Assembly: GCA_964527425.1 (NCBI GenBank)
Contig: CAZGOA010000002.1
Location: 5,000 to 68,999 of the forward strand
DNA: 64,000 bases
Direction: 5' to 3'
From: an uncultured Gammaproteobacteria bacterium
Lineage (GTDB): Bacteria; Patescibacteriota; Microgenomatia; UBA10105; UBA927
Notes under the pieces: model-generated
The model's database searches: none
The model's input: the letters and a program-made list of their open reading frames with translations, nothing else
What the model was told of the DNA's origin: nothing
Position numbers and translations under genes: made by a program
Shown here: positions 28,342 to 38,701 of the stretch, piece after piece
Layout: every line of letters starts with the position of its first letter
Numbering within the stretch: position 1 is the first letter of the stretch

Positions 28342-28836
28342 TTATACTTTTGAAACGTATTTACACTGCTTAAACAGTTGACATACTTTATCTTGAACAA
28401 AGTGAATAATTATTTGGAGAATACTTACTTTTTCTGTGATTTGGATTGTTTGTTCTTCCATAACTGAGGTAGATGATGCTATTAGGATAGGACTTGGAGT
28501 AATGAATGGAGTAGTACTGATTAGTACTTCAGTATTCTCATCAGATGGTGTTGGAGTAACTATACAAGCACAGTTTTCTTTATTGGCACATTCAGGATTT
28601 CGACATGAACCTTCAAAACAGACTAGTTGATTTGGGCAGTGAGCATTAACGGTACAGGGTGTTCCACAACGAAGTAGTGGTGTTGGTGTTACTTGAGCTC
28701 GTTTACGAATATCCTGTGGTTGTTGAATAATGGTTAAAGACGCAAGTAATAATAACAAAACAAATAATAAGTACATTAGCCGCTTATCTGTAGGATTTAT
28801 TCTTGTTGTTACTTTTTTTCCGGATCGATGAGGCAT
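28342..28836 (-). CDS. Signal-anchored, cysteine-rich secreted protein (hypothetical)
   Basis: N-terminal basic segment plus hydrophobic LMYLLFVLLLLLASLTII. A 10-Cys module CGTPCTVNAHCPNQLVCFEGSCRNPECANKENCAC, followed by a T/P/S-rich linker. Confidence 0.5.
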   Translation of the reverse strand: MPHRSGKKVTTRINPTDKRLMYLLFVLLLLLASLTIIQQPQDIRKRAQVTPTPLLRCGTPCTVNAHCPNQLVCFEGSCRNPECANKENCACIVTPTPSDENTEVLISTTPFITPSPILIASSTSVMEEQTIQITEKVSILQIIIHFVQDKVCQLFKQCKYVSKV

Positions 28837-28991
28837 ACTTTTACGCTACATGAAAACACCGTCGGAAATCAATCTAAGAAACCTGTAGTGGAGAAGTAAT
28901 CAAGCACTTGTTCAATATCTGGGAACAGATTCTGTGCATAGTACTATTATTAGTGGTTTTTTGGTAGCGTAATATCAAAACTACTACTATA

Positions 28992-29504
28992 TTACCGCTT
29001 TGGACTTTGTTTTTTGGCTCGTGATTTGCCAGCATATCCTGCTTTTCGGCGTTGTCTGATTCGTGAGTCACGGGTTAAGAAACCACGCTTTTTGAGGATT
29101 GGTCTGAATTTTTCTAAATCAACTTTGGTTAGAGCTCTTGAGAGAGCTAATACTACTGAACTTAATTGACCATTTGATCCGCCGCCATTAGTGGTAATAG
29201 TGATTGCAAAACGACCAATGGTATTCGTAGTACGGAGTGGTTCCATATACGATTTTTTCATAACTTCACCTGAAAAATATTTTTCAATATCTATACCATT
29301 GACGGTCATATCGCCTTTTTTAACCTGATGACCTCGTACCGTAATTGCTCCTTCGTTTACAACATACAGACGAACTCTTGCTGTAGATTCTTTTCGACGG
29401 CCAACTGCTTCATAATATGTTGGTTTTACTGGGGTAACTTCTTCAACAGTAGGCGCTGTTTTAGGATGTGCTTTTGATTTTGCGCTGGTGGATTTCTCTG
29501 CCAT
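28992..29504 (-). CDS. rpsI: 30S ribosomal protein S9 (with about 40-aa N-terminal extension)
   Basis: GRRKESTARVRL... and C-terminal ...RKAGYAGKSRAKKQSPKR. Confidence 0.9.
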   Translation of the reverse strand: MAEKSTSAKSKAHPKTAPTVEEVTPVKPTYYEAVGRRKESTARVRLYVVNEGAITVRGHQVKKGDMTVNGIDIEKYFSGEVMKKSYMEPLRTTNTIGRFAITITTNGGGSNGQLSSVVLALSRALTKVDLEKFRPILKKRGFLTRDSRIRQRRKAGYAGKSRAKKQSPKR

Positions 29505-29515
29505 AAGGTCCTTTC

Positions 29516-29932
29516 TTAAACGAATTTCTCCTTGTATGGATGATCTTCTGTTGTATAAATATGAAGTCTGGTTATTAATCTATCGCGAAGTTTGTTTTTA
29601 GGTAGCATACCGTATACTGCTTTTCGGATTGGTTCTGTTGGTTTTTCCAGTCTTACGGTTTGTAATGGTTTTTGCTTTAGTCCTCCTGGAAAACCTGAAT
29701 AGTTACCGTAGAGTTTGGTCTGTTCTTTACTCCCTGTTACTTTATAGTCGTTACAGTTAATGACAACGACTGAGTCTCCACAATCTAAATGAGGAACATA
29801 ATACGGTTTTGACTTGCCCATGAGTTTATGAGCAATATCTGTTGCTAATCTTCCGAGTATTTTCCCTTTTGCATCAACAAGATGCCATGCGTGTGTAATA
29901 TCTTTTTCTCTTGTTGTTTTTGTATGTTTCAT
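29516..29932 (-). CDS. rplM: 50S ribosomal protein L13
   Basis: WHLVDAKGKILGRLATDIAHKLMGK... Confidence 0.9.
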   Translation of the reverse strand: MKHTKTTREKDITHAWHLVDAKGKILGRLATDIAHKLMGKSKPYYVPHLDCGDSVVVINCNDYKVTGSKEQTKLYGNYSGFPGGLKQKPLQTVRLEKPTEPIRKAVYGMLPKNKLRDRLITRLHIYTTEDHPYKEKFV

Positions 29933-29935
29933 ATA

Positions 29936-30445
29936 TTATTTTTTAGTTTTCGATACTTTTTTTTCTGTTTTCTTTTTTGTCTGCCCTTCCGCTGATTTGG
30001 CGGAGGATACTTTAGCTGATACTTCAGTTTTGACAGATTCTTTTTCTTTTTTATCTGTTTTTTTCGGTGTTACTACTTCTGTTTTTACTTCTTCATCAAC
30101 GAATCCTAGCACAACTTGTTCACTTGCATCCCCTGTTCGTACACCTAATTTTACGATTCTGGTATATCCACTGTTTCTACCTGCAAATCGTGTTTCTACC
30201 ATGGCATATAATTGTTTAACGACTTTTTTATCTGGGAGATGTGCTAAGACATCCCGCTTTGCTGCATCAGTGTTTTTCTTAGCTTTTGTAATAAGCTTTT
30301 CTATTTCACTGCGTGCTGCTTGAGCTTTAGCTTTGGTTGTTTTGATTGATCCGTGCAACACCAGACTTCGCATGAGATTGCGAATTAATGCTTTTCGCTC
30401 ATTGGCTGTTCGTGATAATTTTTTTCCAAAAATACCGTGATGCAT
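29936..30445 (-). CDS. rplQ: 50S ribosomal protein L17 (Lys-rich C-terminal extension)
   Basis: MHHGIFGKKLSRTANERKALIRNLMRSLVLHGSIKTT... Confidence 0.9.
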   Translation of the reverse strand: MHHGIFGKKLSRTANERKALIRNLMRSLVLHGSIKTTKAKAQAARSEIEKLITKAKKNTDAAKRDVLAHLPDKKVVKQLYAMVETRFAGRNSGYTRIVKLGVRTGDASEQVVLGFVDEEVKTEVVTPKKTDKKEKESVKTEVSAKVSSAKSAEGQTKKKTEKKVSKTKK

Positions 30446-30477
30446 ACATTTATTCTGCTAAACAAATAGCAATGTCA

Positions 30478-31401
30478 TTATAAAATAACAACAATTCCCT
30501 TTTCGTTTAATTTTTCTAAGACTACTTCAAGAGATTTTGAACCTAAGTTTTTCACTTTCATCATTTCTTCTTTTGAAGTATTCATGAGTTGTCCAACAGT
30601 TTCTATGCCACCTTTTGCAAGTGCATTTACGATTCTGGTTGGAATATCAAATTCTTCAATTCTCATTTTTAGTACTTCATCTGAAACTGCTTGCTGGTTT
30701 GCTGCTGGTTCTTCTGAAACACTTTCCACTTTTGGACTAATGATTTGTGTAAAATACGAAACTAAAATTTTGGCTGATTCTTTGACCGCTTCTGATGGTT
30801 TAATTGTTCCATCGGTCCAAATTTCAAGCACTAATTTATCAAGATTCGTCATTCTACCAACACGAGTTGCTTCAACTCTATAATTTACTCTCAAAATTGG
30901 TGAATATAAGGCATCAACAGGAATAACACCAATTGCTGTGTCTTGTTTTTCTTCAACAGGTACATAACCATATCCACGCTTTGCTGTTAACTGCATGTTT
31001 AATACAGCTTTTTTATCTGCGAGTGTACCTAAGACTAATTCTGGATTAACTATTGTTACTCCTGCTGGTACTTCTATGTCTCCTGCTGTAATTTCGCCAG
31101 GTCCAGATTTGGAAACAGAAAGAGATACTTCTTCTTCAGAATCAACAATTAAGCGGATCTTTTTAACATTAAGGATAAATTCTCCAATATCTTCTTTTAG
31201 CCCTGCTAATGTTGAAAATTGGTGTTTTACGCCTTCAATATGTACTGAAGTAACTGCAGCACCAGGAAGAGAACTTAAGAGTACTCTTCGCAAACTGTTT
31301 CCTAATGTTTGTCCGTATCCTTGTTCTAATGGTTCGATGATAAATCGACCAAAAGAATTTGTTTCTTGATCAGTTTTTGTTTTAAAGACAGGATCGTTCA
31401 T
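30478..31401 (-). CDS. rpoA: DNA-directed RNA polymerase subunit alpha
   Basis: FGRFIIEPLEQGYGQTLGNSLRRVLLSSLPGAAVTSVHIEGV... Confidence 0.95.
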   Translation of the reverse strand: MNDPVFKTKTDQETNSFGRFIIEPLEQGYGQTLGNSLRRVLLSSLPGAAVTSVHIEGVKHQFSTLAGLKEDIGEFILNVKKIRLIVDSEEEVSLSVSKSGPGEITAGDIEVPAGVTIVNPELVLGTLADKKAVLNMQLTAKRGYGYVPVEEKQDTAIGVIPVDALYSPILRVNYRVEATRVGRMTNLDKLVLEIWTDGTIKPSEAVKESAKILVSYFTQIISPKVESVSEEPAANQQAVSDEVLKMRIEEFDIPTRIVNALAKGGIETVGQLMNTSKEEMMKVKNLGSKSLEVVLEKLNEKGIVVIL

Positions 31402-31422
31402 ATCCTATGCCTCCTTCCACGA

Positions 31423-32043
31423 TTATCGTGAGTAATGTTCAATAATAAGTTGCATGTTGACGTCCTCTTTTACGTCATCACGCACAGGCAGCCGTAGTAT
31501 TTTACCGACTGGACCTTTTCGTTCCAGCCAGAATGGGGGTTTATACCCCTTGTCTTCCATTTGTTTTTTTACTGCAGGAATGTCTAATGCTTTTTGTTTG
31601 AATGTGACAACTTGATCAGCTTTTACCTGGTATGAAGGAATAGTGACGCGTTCTTCGTTGATAAAAACATGTCCGTGGCTGACTAATTGTCTTGCTGCTG
31701 TTCGTGTTGGTGCCATACCTAATCTATACACTGTATTATCGAGTCTTCTTTCCAGATATTCGAGTAATTTATCTCCTGTGTTGCCCCTGAGTGCTTTGGC
31801 TGCTTCAAACATTTTACGGAATTGACGTTCTAACACACCATACATTCTTTTTACTTTTTGTTTTTCACGAAGCTGATTTCCATATTCTGAAGACTTTCTT
31901 TTTCCTTTAGGACCATGAATTCCTGGAGGAACATTCAAACGCTTAAGCAAATTAGCGTGTGATTTTGTTCCAACAGTTTTAAGGCCTAAATCTATGCCTT
32001 CTTTTCTTGCTAATCTATTTTTTGGTCCTGTATACCTTGCCAT
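31423..32043 (-). CDS. rpsD: 30S ribosomal protein S4
   Basis: MARYTGPKNRLARKEGIDLG... Confidence 0.95.
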   Translation of the reverse strand: MARYTGPKNRLARKEGIDLGLKTVGTKSHANLLKRLNVPPGIHGPKGKRKSSEYGNQLREKQKVKRMYGVLERQFRKMFEAAKALRGNTGDKLLEYLERRLDNTVYRLGMAPTRTAARQLVSHGHVFINEERVTIPSYQVKADQVVTFKQKALDIPAVKKQMEDKGYKPPFWLERKGPVGKILRLPVRDDVKEDVNMQLIIEHYSR

Positions 32044-32101
32044 ACTTTTTTTAAAAAAATTTCAAACTGAACAAATATACATGTTTGTTTCGTTTGAATC
32101 T

Positions 32102-32473
32102 TTATACTCTTCTTTTCTTTTTGGGACGCAATCCGTTATGCGGAATAGGCGTAACGTCTGCAATCATCGTAATGTTCATGCCAGCTGATTTAAGTCCTCT
32201 TAATGCTGCGTCACGTCCTGCACCTGGTCCTTTTATATACACTTCGACTTCTTTCATTCCAAATCCTTGCGCTTTTCGTGCAACAGTTTCAACGGCTGAA
32301 GATGCTGCAAATGGCGTTGACTTGCGTGCTCCTTTAAATCCGGCCATTCCTGATGATCCCCAACAAACGGTATTACCATCACGGTCTGTAATAGTTACAA
32401 TCGTATTGTTAAAGGTAGCAGTAATAAATACTTTTCCGTATTCAACTGTTTTAGTTACTTTTTTTGTTGCCAT
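32102..32473 (-). CDS. rpsK: 30S ribosomal protein S11
   Basis: ...[45 protein letters not shown]... Confidence 0.95.
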   Translation of the reverse strand: MATKKVTKTVEYGKVFITATFNNTIVTITDRDGNTVCWGSSGMAGFKGARKSTPFAASSAVETVARKAQGFGMKEVEVYIKGPGAGRDAALRGLKSAGMNITMIADVTPIPHNGLRPKKKRRV

Positions 32474-32520
32474 ACTATAATTTAAATATCTATTTGATTA
32501 TCAACATACGAATGTATGTA

Positions 32521-32931
32521 TTATTTTTTGGCTGCAGGCGCTGCTGCTGCTTTTACTCTGTCGTCTTTTTTCATTGCACCTATTGTTAATCTCTTACCAC
32601 GCTTTGTACGGGCATTTGATTTTGTTCTTTGACCTCGAGCTGGTAAGCTCTTGGAATGACGCTGTCCTCTATACGAGCCGATTTCTCGTAATCTTTTTAC
32701 ATGCTCTGCAATTTGACGACGAAGATCTCCTTCGACCATAATGTTTTTCTCTATAACTTTTGAAATTTTATTTACTTCTTCGTCTGTTAATGTGTGTACT
32801 CTCCGAGAGCCATCTATTTGTGCACCATCAAGTACTTTTTGCACATTTGTTTTTCCAATTCCATAGATATAGGTAAGTGCTATATCTAATTTTTTATTTA
32901 CTGGTATATCAACTCCTGAAATTCTTGGCAT
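32521..32931 (-). CDS. rpsM: 30S ribosomal protein S13
   Basis: MPRISGVDIPVNKKLDIALTYIYGIGK... Confidence 0.95.
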   Translation of the reverse strand: MPRISGVDIPVNKKLDIALTYIYGIGKTNVQKVLDGAQIDGSRRVHTLTDEEVNKISKVIEKNIMVEGDLRRQIAEHVKRLREIGSYRGQRHSKSLPARGQRTKSNARTKRGKRLTIGAMKKDDRVKAAAAPAAKK

Positions 32932-32939
32932 ATATAGTT

Positions 32940-33053
32940 TTACCCTTGTCGTTGTTTATGCTTTGGATTTGCACAAATAACATAGAGTTTTCCTCTTCGT
33001 TTTACTATTTTACATTTATTACAAATTGGTTTTACGCTTGCTCGTACTTTCAT
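32940..33053 (-). CDS. rpmJ: 50S ribosomal protein L36 (37 aa; below ORF-track size cutoff)
   Basis: My translation of the reverse complement: [37 protein letters not shown]. This is a canonical L36 with a CxxC...C...H zinc motif, sitting between infA and rpsM as expected. Confidence 0.85.
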   Translation of the reverse strand: MKVRASVKPICNKCKIVKRRGKLYVICANPKHKQRQG

Positions 33054-33061
33054 ATAGTTAT

Positions 33062-33286
33062 TTATCGCAATCTATACACAATTCTTCCTTTTGTTGCATC
33101 ATACGGTGTCATTTCTATTTTTACTTTGTCTCCTGGCATCAGACGGATGAAATGTAATCTCATCTTTCCTGATAAATGACAAAGTACCAAACGACCGTTG
33201 GGCAGTTTTACGCGAAAGAGTGTGTTTGGTAATGACTCAACCACTTCACCTTCTACTTCGATTCGCTGCGATGACGGTTGATTCAT
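33062..33286 (-). CDS. infA: Translation initiation factor IF-1
   Basis: ...[62 protein letters not shown]. Confidence 0.9.
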   Translation of the reverse strand: MNQPSSQRIEVEGEVVESLPNTLFRVKLPNGRLVLCHLSGKMRLHFIRLMPGDKVKIEMTPYDATKGRIVYRLR

Positions 33287-33377
33287 AATATATACAAAAA
33301 CACAGAAAAAACATCGGGCATTTCCTCTCTGATGTCTACCAAAGAGTAAGACCCGAGTTGTGACTATTGATTGTACC

Positions 33378-34157
33378 TTACTTAACGCCTTTGGTCAACA
33401 CCTCTGGCTCATCATTTGTTACGAGTATCGTATGTTCAAATGTGGCAGAAAGTGAACCATCTTTCGTTGTTAAAGTCCATCCATCTTCGTTTGCATACAT
33501 GATATCTCCACTTCCTTGAGCATATATCACTTCGATTGCTAAAGTCATCCCAGGTAGGAGTGGAGGGGTTTTATCCAGTGCACCCCTGATAAAACCTGGT
33601 ACTTGTGGTTTTTCATGAAGTTCTCGACCAACTGTGTGACCTACAAGTGACTTAACCACACTATACCCTGCCTGTTCAATGCCCTGCTGTATGGCTTGAG
33701 AAATATGCCCAATATGATTGCCTGCTCGAGCTTGACTGACTGCATTCCAAAACGTTTGCTGTCCAACAGATAACAATGTATCTATATCGTTTCCTGGAAC
33801 GATAGTGGTTTTGGGAGTTCGCAATACTTTTGTCCAAGCTGTATCAGTATGATATCCCTTATAAATCATTCCTACATCTATGGTTAACACATCTTCTTCT
33901 TGTAACACATAGCTTGTTGGTATGCCATGAACCACATCATCGTTTACACACAGACATGTTGCCCAGCTATACCCTTCAACTGTTTGAAAAGAAGGAGTAC
34001 CACCGGCAGCTTTTATGTATTCTTGTGATCGTTCTTCTATAGTCATGAGTGATACGCCTGGTTTTGCTATTGCTAATAAATCGAGGAGTATACCTCCCAG
34101 TTTATTTCCGCCTTCTCTTTGAGCATGTATTTTTTCGGTATCGAGCGTGGTGTTCAT
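33378..34157 (-). CDS. map: Methionine aminopeptidase, type I
   Basis: Metal ligands in ...DVVHGIP..., LTIDVG..., VGHTVG..., EVIYA..., EHTILVT. Confidence 0.9.
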   Translation of the reverse strand: MNTTLDTEKIHAQREGGNKLGGILLDLLAIAKPGVSLMTIEERSQEYIKAAGGTPSFQTVEGYSWATCLCVNDDVVHGIPTSYVLQEEDVLTIDVGMIYKGYHTDTAWTKVLRTPKTTIVPGNDIDTLLSVGQQTFWNAVSQARAGNHIGHISQAIQQGIEQAGYSVVKSLVGHTVGRELHEKPQVPGFIRGALDKTPPLLPGMTLAIEVIYAQGSGDIMYANEDGWTLTTKDGSLSATFEHTILVTNDEPEVLTKGVK

Positions 34158-34714
34158 ATTGTTGTGTATAATTGTTCTAATTGGGACTGTAAATATTGTT
34201 CGTCTTTTGTATTTACAATGGTGTAATCTGCCATCGCAATAGGTCCTGCTTTTTCTAATTTATCTATTTCTGCCAAATCTCTACTTACTGCTTGTTCTCT
34301 GGTTAATGGACGAACGGATCTGTTTTCTAGTCGTTTATAGCGCAAATGTGGAGGTGAAAAGATACTTACAATGATGATAAATGGATATTTTTCTACAAGA
34401 TACCGTCGTTCTGATTCTGAATACAGTCCATCTAAAACAACCAGAGAACTAGATTCTAACGTTTTATCTATCAAGGGTTCCATGAGTCGAGCTAGGGCAC
34501 CCATATCTTTTCCGTTCTGTCTTAATTCTTCTCGTACTATGCGCTCGTTTTGTTCGTTTACTTCCCAGCCTCTCCGCTCCACTTCTTGCTGAACAGCATC
34601 TCCAAAGCGTATTACCGGTATATGCTTTTGTTTAAAGAATTCTGCAGCACGGCTTTTACCTGAACCGGTCATTCCCACTAATGCAATAAGTTTTTTTTTA
34701 TTTTCCATGGCCAA
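34154..34714 (-). CDS. P-loop nucleotide/nucleoside kinase-like protein (dephospho-CoA-kinase-like or cytidylate-kinase-like); specific substrate unknown
   Basis: Walker A LVGMTGSGKS; 186 aa. Inserted between adk and map, with a 4-bp overlap with map and a 17-bp overlap with adk. Confidence 0.45.
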   Translation of the reverse strand: MAMENKKKLIALVGMTGSGKSRAAEFFKQKHIPVIRFGDAVQQEVERRGWEVNEQNERIVREELRQNGKDMGALARLMEPLIDKTLESSSLVVLDGLYSESERRYLVEKYPFIIIVSIFSPPHLRYKRLENRSVRPLTREQAVSRDLAEIDKLEKAGPIAMADYTIVNTKDEQYLQSQLEQLYTTI

Positions 34715-35288
34715 TGGCGTCTAAAATGTCTTGGTGAACTTTGTCTGCATCTTGATTGGCATTTACAACATGCATGATTCCTTTTTCTGTATAGTATGCT
34801 AGCACATCTTTTTCACCTTCTTTATAGATTCTTAATCTATCTTTAATTCGTTCTGGTGAGTCGTGCAGTTCTTCACTTCCTTCATACAGTGGTCTTGCTC
34901 GTTTTATCAATCGTTCATAGGAGATATCTTCTGGTAAATCCAGATAGATAACATGATCTACTTTGTAGCCGTACTTATCGATTTTATCATCTAAAAACTT
35001 TGCTTGTTCTACATTTCGTGGAAACCCATCCATAATCCAGTTGCTTTTTGCATCTTCTTCTTTAAGCCTCCACTTCCATAGGACAAACATTTCACTATCG
35101 GCAACATATTTTCCTTCTGCTAATGCCTGTCTTACTACTTCTCCAATAATACCTTTATCATTGGCTGCTGCATCTCTGACTAGGTCTCCTGAAGTTAAAA
35201 TAGGTAGATTTAGCTGTTCTGCAAGCAACTTAGCTTGTGTACCTTTACCTGATCCCTCTGGTCCATAAAAAACAATATGCATACTCAT
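34698..35288 (-). CDS. adk: Adenylate kinase (short form, no Zn lid)
   Basis: MHIVFYGPEGSGKGTQAKLLAEQLNLPILTSGDLVR... Confidence 0.9.
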   Translation of the reverse strand: MSMHIVFYGPEGSGKGTQAKLLAEQLNLPILTSGDLVRDAAANDKGIIGEVVRQALAEGKYVADSEMFVLWKWRLKEEDAKSNWIMDGFPRNVEQAKFLDDKIDKYGYKVDHVIYLDLPEDISYERLIKRARPLYEGSEELHDSPERIKDRLRIYKEGEKDVLAYYTEKGIMHVVNANQDADKVHQDILDAIGHGK

Positions 35289-35434
35289 TACAATTCGAAA
35301 CAGTAAACTCGAAATACGAAATATATAAACTATAAAAATCCGAATTACGAAAGAATAACGTTTTCGATATTCGGATTTAAAAATCTACGTTTTAATTTCG
35401 ATGATTAAAATTTCGATATGCTCCAATTACTCAA

Positions 35435-36724
35435 TTAACTTTTAACAAAACTATCGTAGTTTCTCATAACTAATTGAGCTTCAATTGATTTAATAGTTTC
35501 TAAAACAACTGACACTACAATAAGTATACCAGTCCCACCAACTAAAAGATTGGTAGAACCAGTTGCACCATTTGCAAGCGTTGGAAATATAGCAATTGTA
35601 CCTAAAAAGAGTGCTCCAGCAAGGGTAATGCGGGTAATAATATAATTAAGATATTGTGCTGTTGGGGTACCTGGTCGTATGCCAGGAACAAATCCTCCAT
35701 ATTTTTGTATTTCTCCTGATATTTTTTTAGGATCAAATGTTAAAGCAGTATAAAAGTAGGTAAAGCCAACAATAAACAAAAAATACAAAACGTTATAGGT
35801 AATTTTATTCGGATCAAACAGTGATGTTAAAAATCTTCCAATTTGTGCTGCTGTTGGATTTGCTGCCTGCCCAAGATAGTTACCTATTAAAGAAGGAATC
35901 AATACTAAGGAAACTGCGAAAATAATTGGTATCACTCCTGCTTGATTTATTTTTAATGGCAGATAAGAGGTATTTCCACCATACATTTTGTTTCCTCTGA
36001 CTCTTCGTGCATATTGAACACTGACTTTTCGTACTGCTTCGTTTATATACACTGTCCCTGCAATCATACCCAGACCAAGTAGTCCTAAAACAATAACTGG
36101 CACAAAAGAATCAGCACTGGTTGTATTTAATACTTGGCCTAATGCCACGGGAAGTCTTCCTGCTATACCTGCAAAAATTAAAATAGAGATACCATTTCCT
36201 ATACCATACTCTGTTATTAACTCACCTAACCACATAACAAAAATTGTACCTGTCACCATGGTAACTAAAATAGTAAGAAGTCCTACTGGATCAAAGGTGG
36301 TAACGATACCCTGACTGCGAAGTACAGCGTACATACCTATTGCTTGAACGATTGCTAACGGTACTGTTAAAAATCTGGTGTATTGGTTAATTTTTTCTCT
36401 CCCAAAGTCTCCTTCTTTTTGCAATTCTTCTAACTGAGGGAATACTAACGTCATCAACTGCATAATAATTGATGCGTTGATATATGGATTCATACCGAGG
36501 GCTAATACGGAAAAATTCAGTAATGTGCCTCCTGAAAAGATATCGAGCAATGCTAAAAATTGATTTTGTGAAAATAATGTGGCTAACTGTTCACGGTCTA
36601 TTCCTGGAATAGGAATATGAGCAAATAAGCGAAATACTACAAGAATTAGTCCTGTAAAAAGGATTTTGCGACGGAGAGTTGGAGTTCTCCATGCCTGTTT
36701 TATTAATGTAAAAAATTGTTCCAT
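35435..36724 (-). CDS. secY: Preprotein translocase subunit SecY
   Basis: 10-TM protein following rplO in the spc operon, with typical SecY motifs (…[14 protein letters not shown]…). Confidence 0.9.
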   Translation of the reverse strand: MEQFFTLIKQAWRTPTLRRKILFTGLILVVFRLFAHIPIPGIDREQLATLFSQNQFLALLDIFSGGTLLNFSVLALGMNPYINASIIMQLMTLVFPQLEELQKEGDFGREKINQYTRFLTVPLAIVQAIGMYAVLRSQGIVTTFDPVGLLTILVTMVTGTIFVMWLGELITEYGIGNGISILIFAGIAGRLPVALGQVLNTTSADSFVPVIVLGLLGLGMIAGTVYINEAVRKVSVQYARRVRGNKMYGGNTSYLPLKINQAGVIPIIFAVSLVLIPSLIGNYLGQAANPTAAQIGRFLTSLFDPNKITYNVLYFLFIVGFTYFYTALTFDPKKISGEIQKYGGFVPGIRPGTPTAQYLNYIITRITLAGALFLGTIAIFPTLANGATGSTNLLVGGTGILIVVSVVLETIKSIEAQLVMRNYDSFVKS

Positions 36725-36783
36725 GGAGTCTTTGGTAGGGGGGTGTTCAAGTAAGATCGCTACCTGCGGATTACTCCATACTT

Positions 36784-37227
36784 TCAGGCATTCTCTTGTG
36801 TTTGAACAGTTCCTCCAGCTTTTTTAATTGATTCTTGAGCTCCCTTACTTGCTTGTACTGTAATTGTTAACTTTTGGGATACAGGTGTATTTCCAATAAG
36901 CTTAACAGATTTGTCAGACTTTTCTATTAAACCATGTTTTTGTAATGTTTCAAGACTTACTGTTTCTCCATCAGTAAACATTTGCAAACGGGAAAGTGGA
37001 ATTGCTACTGTTTTTGTTTGTTGAGAAGCATTTCGTCCCTTACCTCGTAAAAATGGAAGTCTATGAATAAGACTAACTTGTCCACCTTCAAATCCTGGCT
37101 TAATTGACCCACGTGCCTTTTGACCTTTTTGTCCTCTGCCAGCAGTTTTTACCTTACCTGATCCATGTCCGCGTCCTAATCGCTTAGAGGATTTTTGTGA
37201 AATTGATGTGAGTGTGTGTAATTTCAT
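36784..37227 (-). CDS. rplO: 50S ribosomal protein L15
   Basis: ...[26 protein letters not shown]... Directly abuts rpsE, with no rpmD/L30 gene between them. Confidence 0.9.
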   Translation of the reverse strand: MKLHTLTSISQKSSKRLGRGHGSGKVKTAGRGQKGQKARGSIKPGFEGGQVSLIHRLPFLRGKGRNASQQTKTVAIPLSRLQMFTDGETVSLETLQKHGLIEKSDKSVKLIGNTPVSQKLTITVQASKGAQESIKKAGGTVQTQENA

Positions 37228-37229
37228 AC

Positions 37230-37742
37230 TTATTCTTGCTCAATCTTTTGAGCTTCTCCTGTCTTTTGTGTCTTTTTATGTTCTTTCTTCACTTTAAACT
37301 GTTTTAAGGCTTCTAAAGTGGCGTACACATTTGATGCCTGATTTTTACTTCCCATAATTTTTGAGACGATATCTCTAATTCCTGCAGCATCAACTACGGC
37401 TCGTACAGCTCCTCCTGCAATAACTCCGGTTCCTGGTGGCGCTGGTTTTAGAAACACCCGTGCTGCTCCTCTTTTAAGGAATATATGATGTGGAATTGTT
37501 GTTCCTTTCATAGGAACCGTTATGAGATGTTTTTTTGCATAACTGACTGCTTTTCTGACAGCGGAAGAAACATCTGGTGCTCCTCCCAGCCCTACTCCTA
37601 CTTTTCCTTTTTTGTCACCAACAACAACAAGAACTGAAAAACCGATTTTGTTTCCTCCTTTAGTTTTTTTAGAAACACGGTTTACCTGAACAATTTTTTC
37701 TTCAAATTCTTTAGGTTGGTTGTGAAATGCATCTGGTCTCAT
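37230..37742 (-). CDS. rpsE: 30S ribosomal protein S5
   Basis: ...[34 protein letters not shown]... Confidence 0.95.
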   Translation of the reverse strand: MRPDAFHNQPKEFEEKIVQVNRVSKKTKGGNKIGFSVLVVVGDKKGKVGVGLGGAPDVSSAVRKAVSYAKKHLITVPMKGTTIPHHIFLKRGAARVFLKPAPPGTGVIAGGAVRAVVDAAGIRDIVSKIMGSKNQASNVYATLEALKQFKVKKEHKKTQKTGEAQKIEQE

Positions 37743-37744
37743 AA

Positions 37745-38074
37745 TTAGAATGTAATTCCTCCCTCACGTACTGAGTCTGCAAATGCTTTGACTCGTCCAT
37801 GATACATATATCCTCCACGGTCAAATACGACAGTTGAGATCTTATGTTTTATTAATTGTTCTGCAAATTTTTTTCCTAAGTCTTGGGCTGCAGTTATGGA
37901 TTTGTTATTGGTTCGTAATCCAAAAATTGTCGCTCCTTTTACATCATCGATAACCTGTACATATAATGCCTGATTTGAACGAAATAAGGCGAGTCTTGGA
38001 CGATCTTTTGTACCGCTTATTTTTGCTCTCAGTCTTTTATGACGAATTAATCGTTGTTCATTTCTTGATTTCAT
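37745..38074 (-). CDS. rplR: 50S ribosomal protein L18
   Basis: ...[26 protein letters not shown]... Confidence 0.9.
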   Translation of the reverse strand: MKSRNEQRLIRHKRLRAKISGTKDRPRLALFRSNQALYVQVIDDVKGATIFGLRTNNKSITAAQDLGKKFAEQLIKHKISTVVFDRGGYMYHGRVKAFADSVREGGITF

Positions 38075-38077
38075 AGA

Positions 38078-38641
38078 TTATTTCCCTCCAACTGCTTTTG
38101 CAGATTTTCCAGCTTTCTTTCTGACATATTCACCCACGTATTTAATTCCTTTTCCTTTATATGGTTCTGGTGGTTTAACAGCTCTAATATTTGCCGCTGT
38201 TTGTCCGACTAATTGTTTATCATTTCCGGAAACAACTATTTTCCCATCTTGAACTGCAAAGGTGATCCCTTTAGGAGGAGTTACCACCACTGGATGAGAA
38301 AATCCAACTGATAATGTTAAATTTGTTCCTGTTAAGTTGACTCTATATCCAACTCCAACTAATTCTAGTGTTTTACTAAACCCTTCCGTAAGTCCTGTGA
38401 CATGATTTGCAAGTAAGGCTCTGGTTAATCCAAAGAGCGCTTTACCTGGTCGATCAGTTCTTTGACTTTTAATCACGAGTTGATTTTCTTCTTGGATAAT
38501 TGATATTCCTCTTGGAATTGCCATGACAGAGTCTCCTTTTGGTCCTTTGATGGTTATTGCATCAGGATTAATAGAGATTGTTACTCCATTTGGTATTGTT
38601 ATTGGCATGTTTCCTATTCGTGACATAATATTTATTGACAT
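38078..38641 (-). CDS. rplF: 50S ribosomal protein L6
   Basis: MSRIGNMPITIPNGVTISINPDAITIKGPKG... Confidence 0.9.
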   Translation of the reverse strand: MSINIMSRIGNMPITIPNGVTISINPDAITIKGPKGDSVMAIPRGISIIQEENQLVIKSQRTDRPGKALFGLTRALLANHVTGLTEGFSKTLELVGVGYRVNLTGTNLTLSVGFSHPVVVTPPKGITFAVQDGKIVVSGNDKQLVGQTAANIRAVKPPEPYKGKGIKYVGEYVRKKAGKSAKAVGGK

Positions 38642-38701
38642 TCGAATTTTTGAAATCCAGCTTTTTATTTGAATTTCGTATTCCGAATTATTTTTCAGTT
38701 T

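Noticed and set aside
28806-28830. A possible third copy of the CGATCCnGGATCG palindrome (CCGGATCG at about 28811).
   Set aside because: Only one arm is present, and it lies inside the start region of a coding sequence. It is most likely a chance match.
28874-29071. 65-aa ORF overlapping the rpsI 3' end and intergenic region.
   Set aside because: It overlaps rpsI out of frame and there is no supporting signal.
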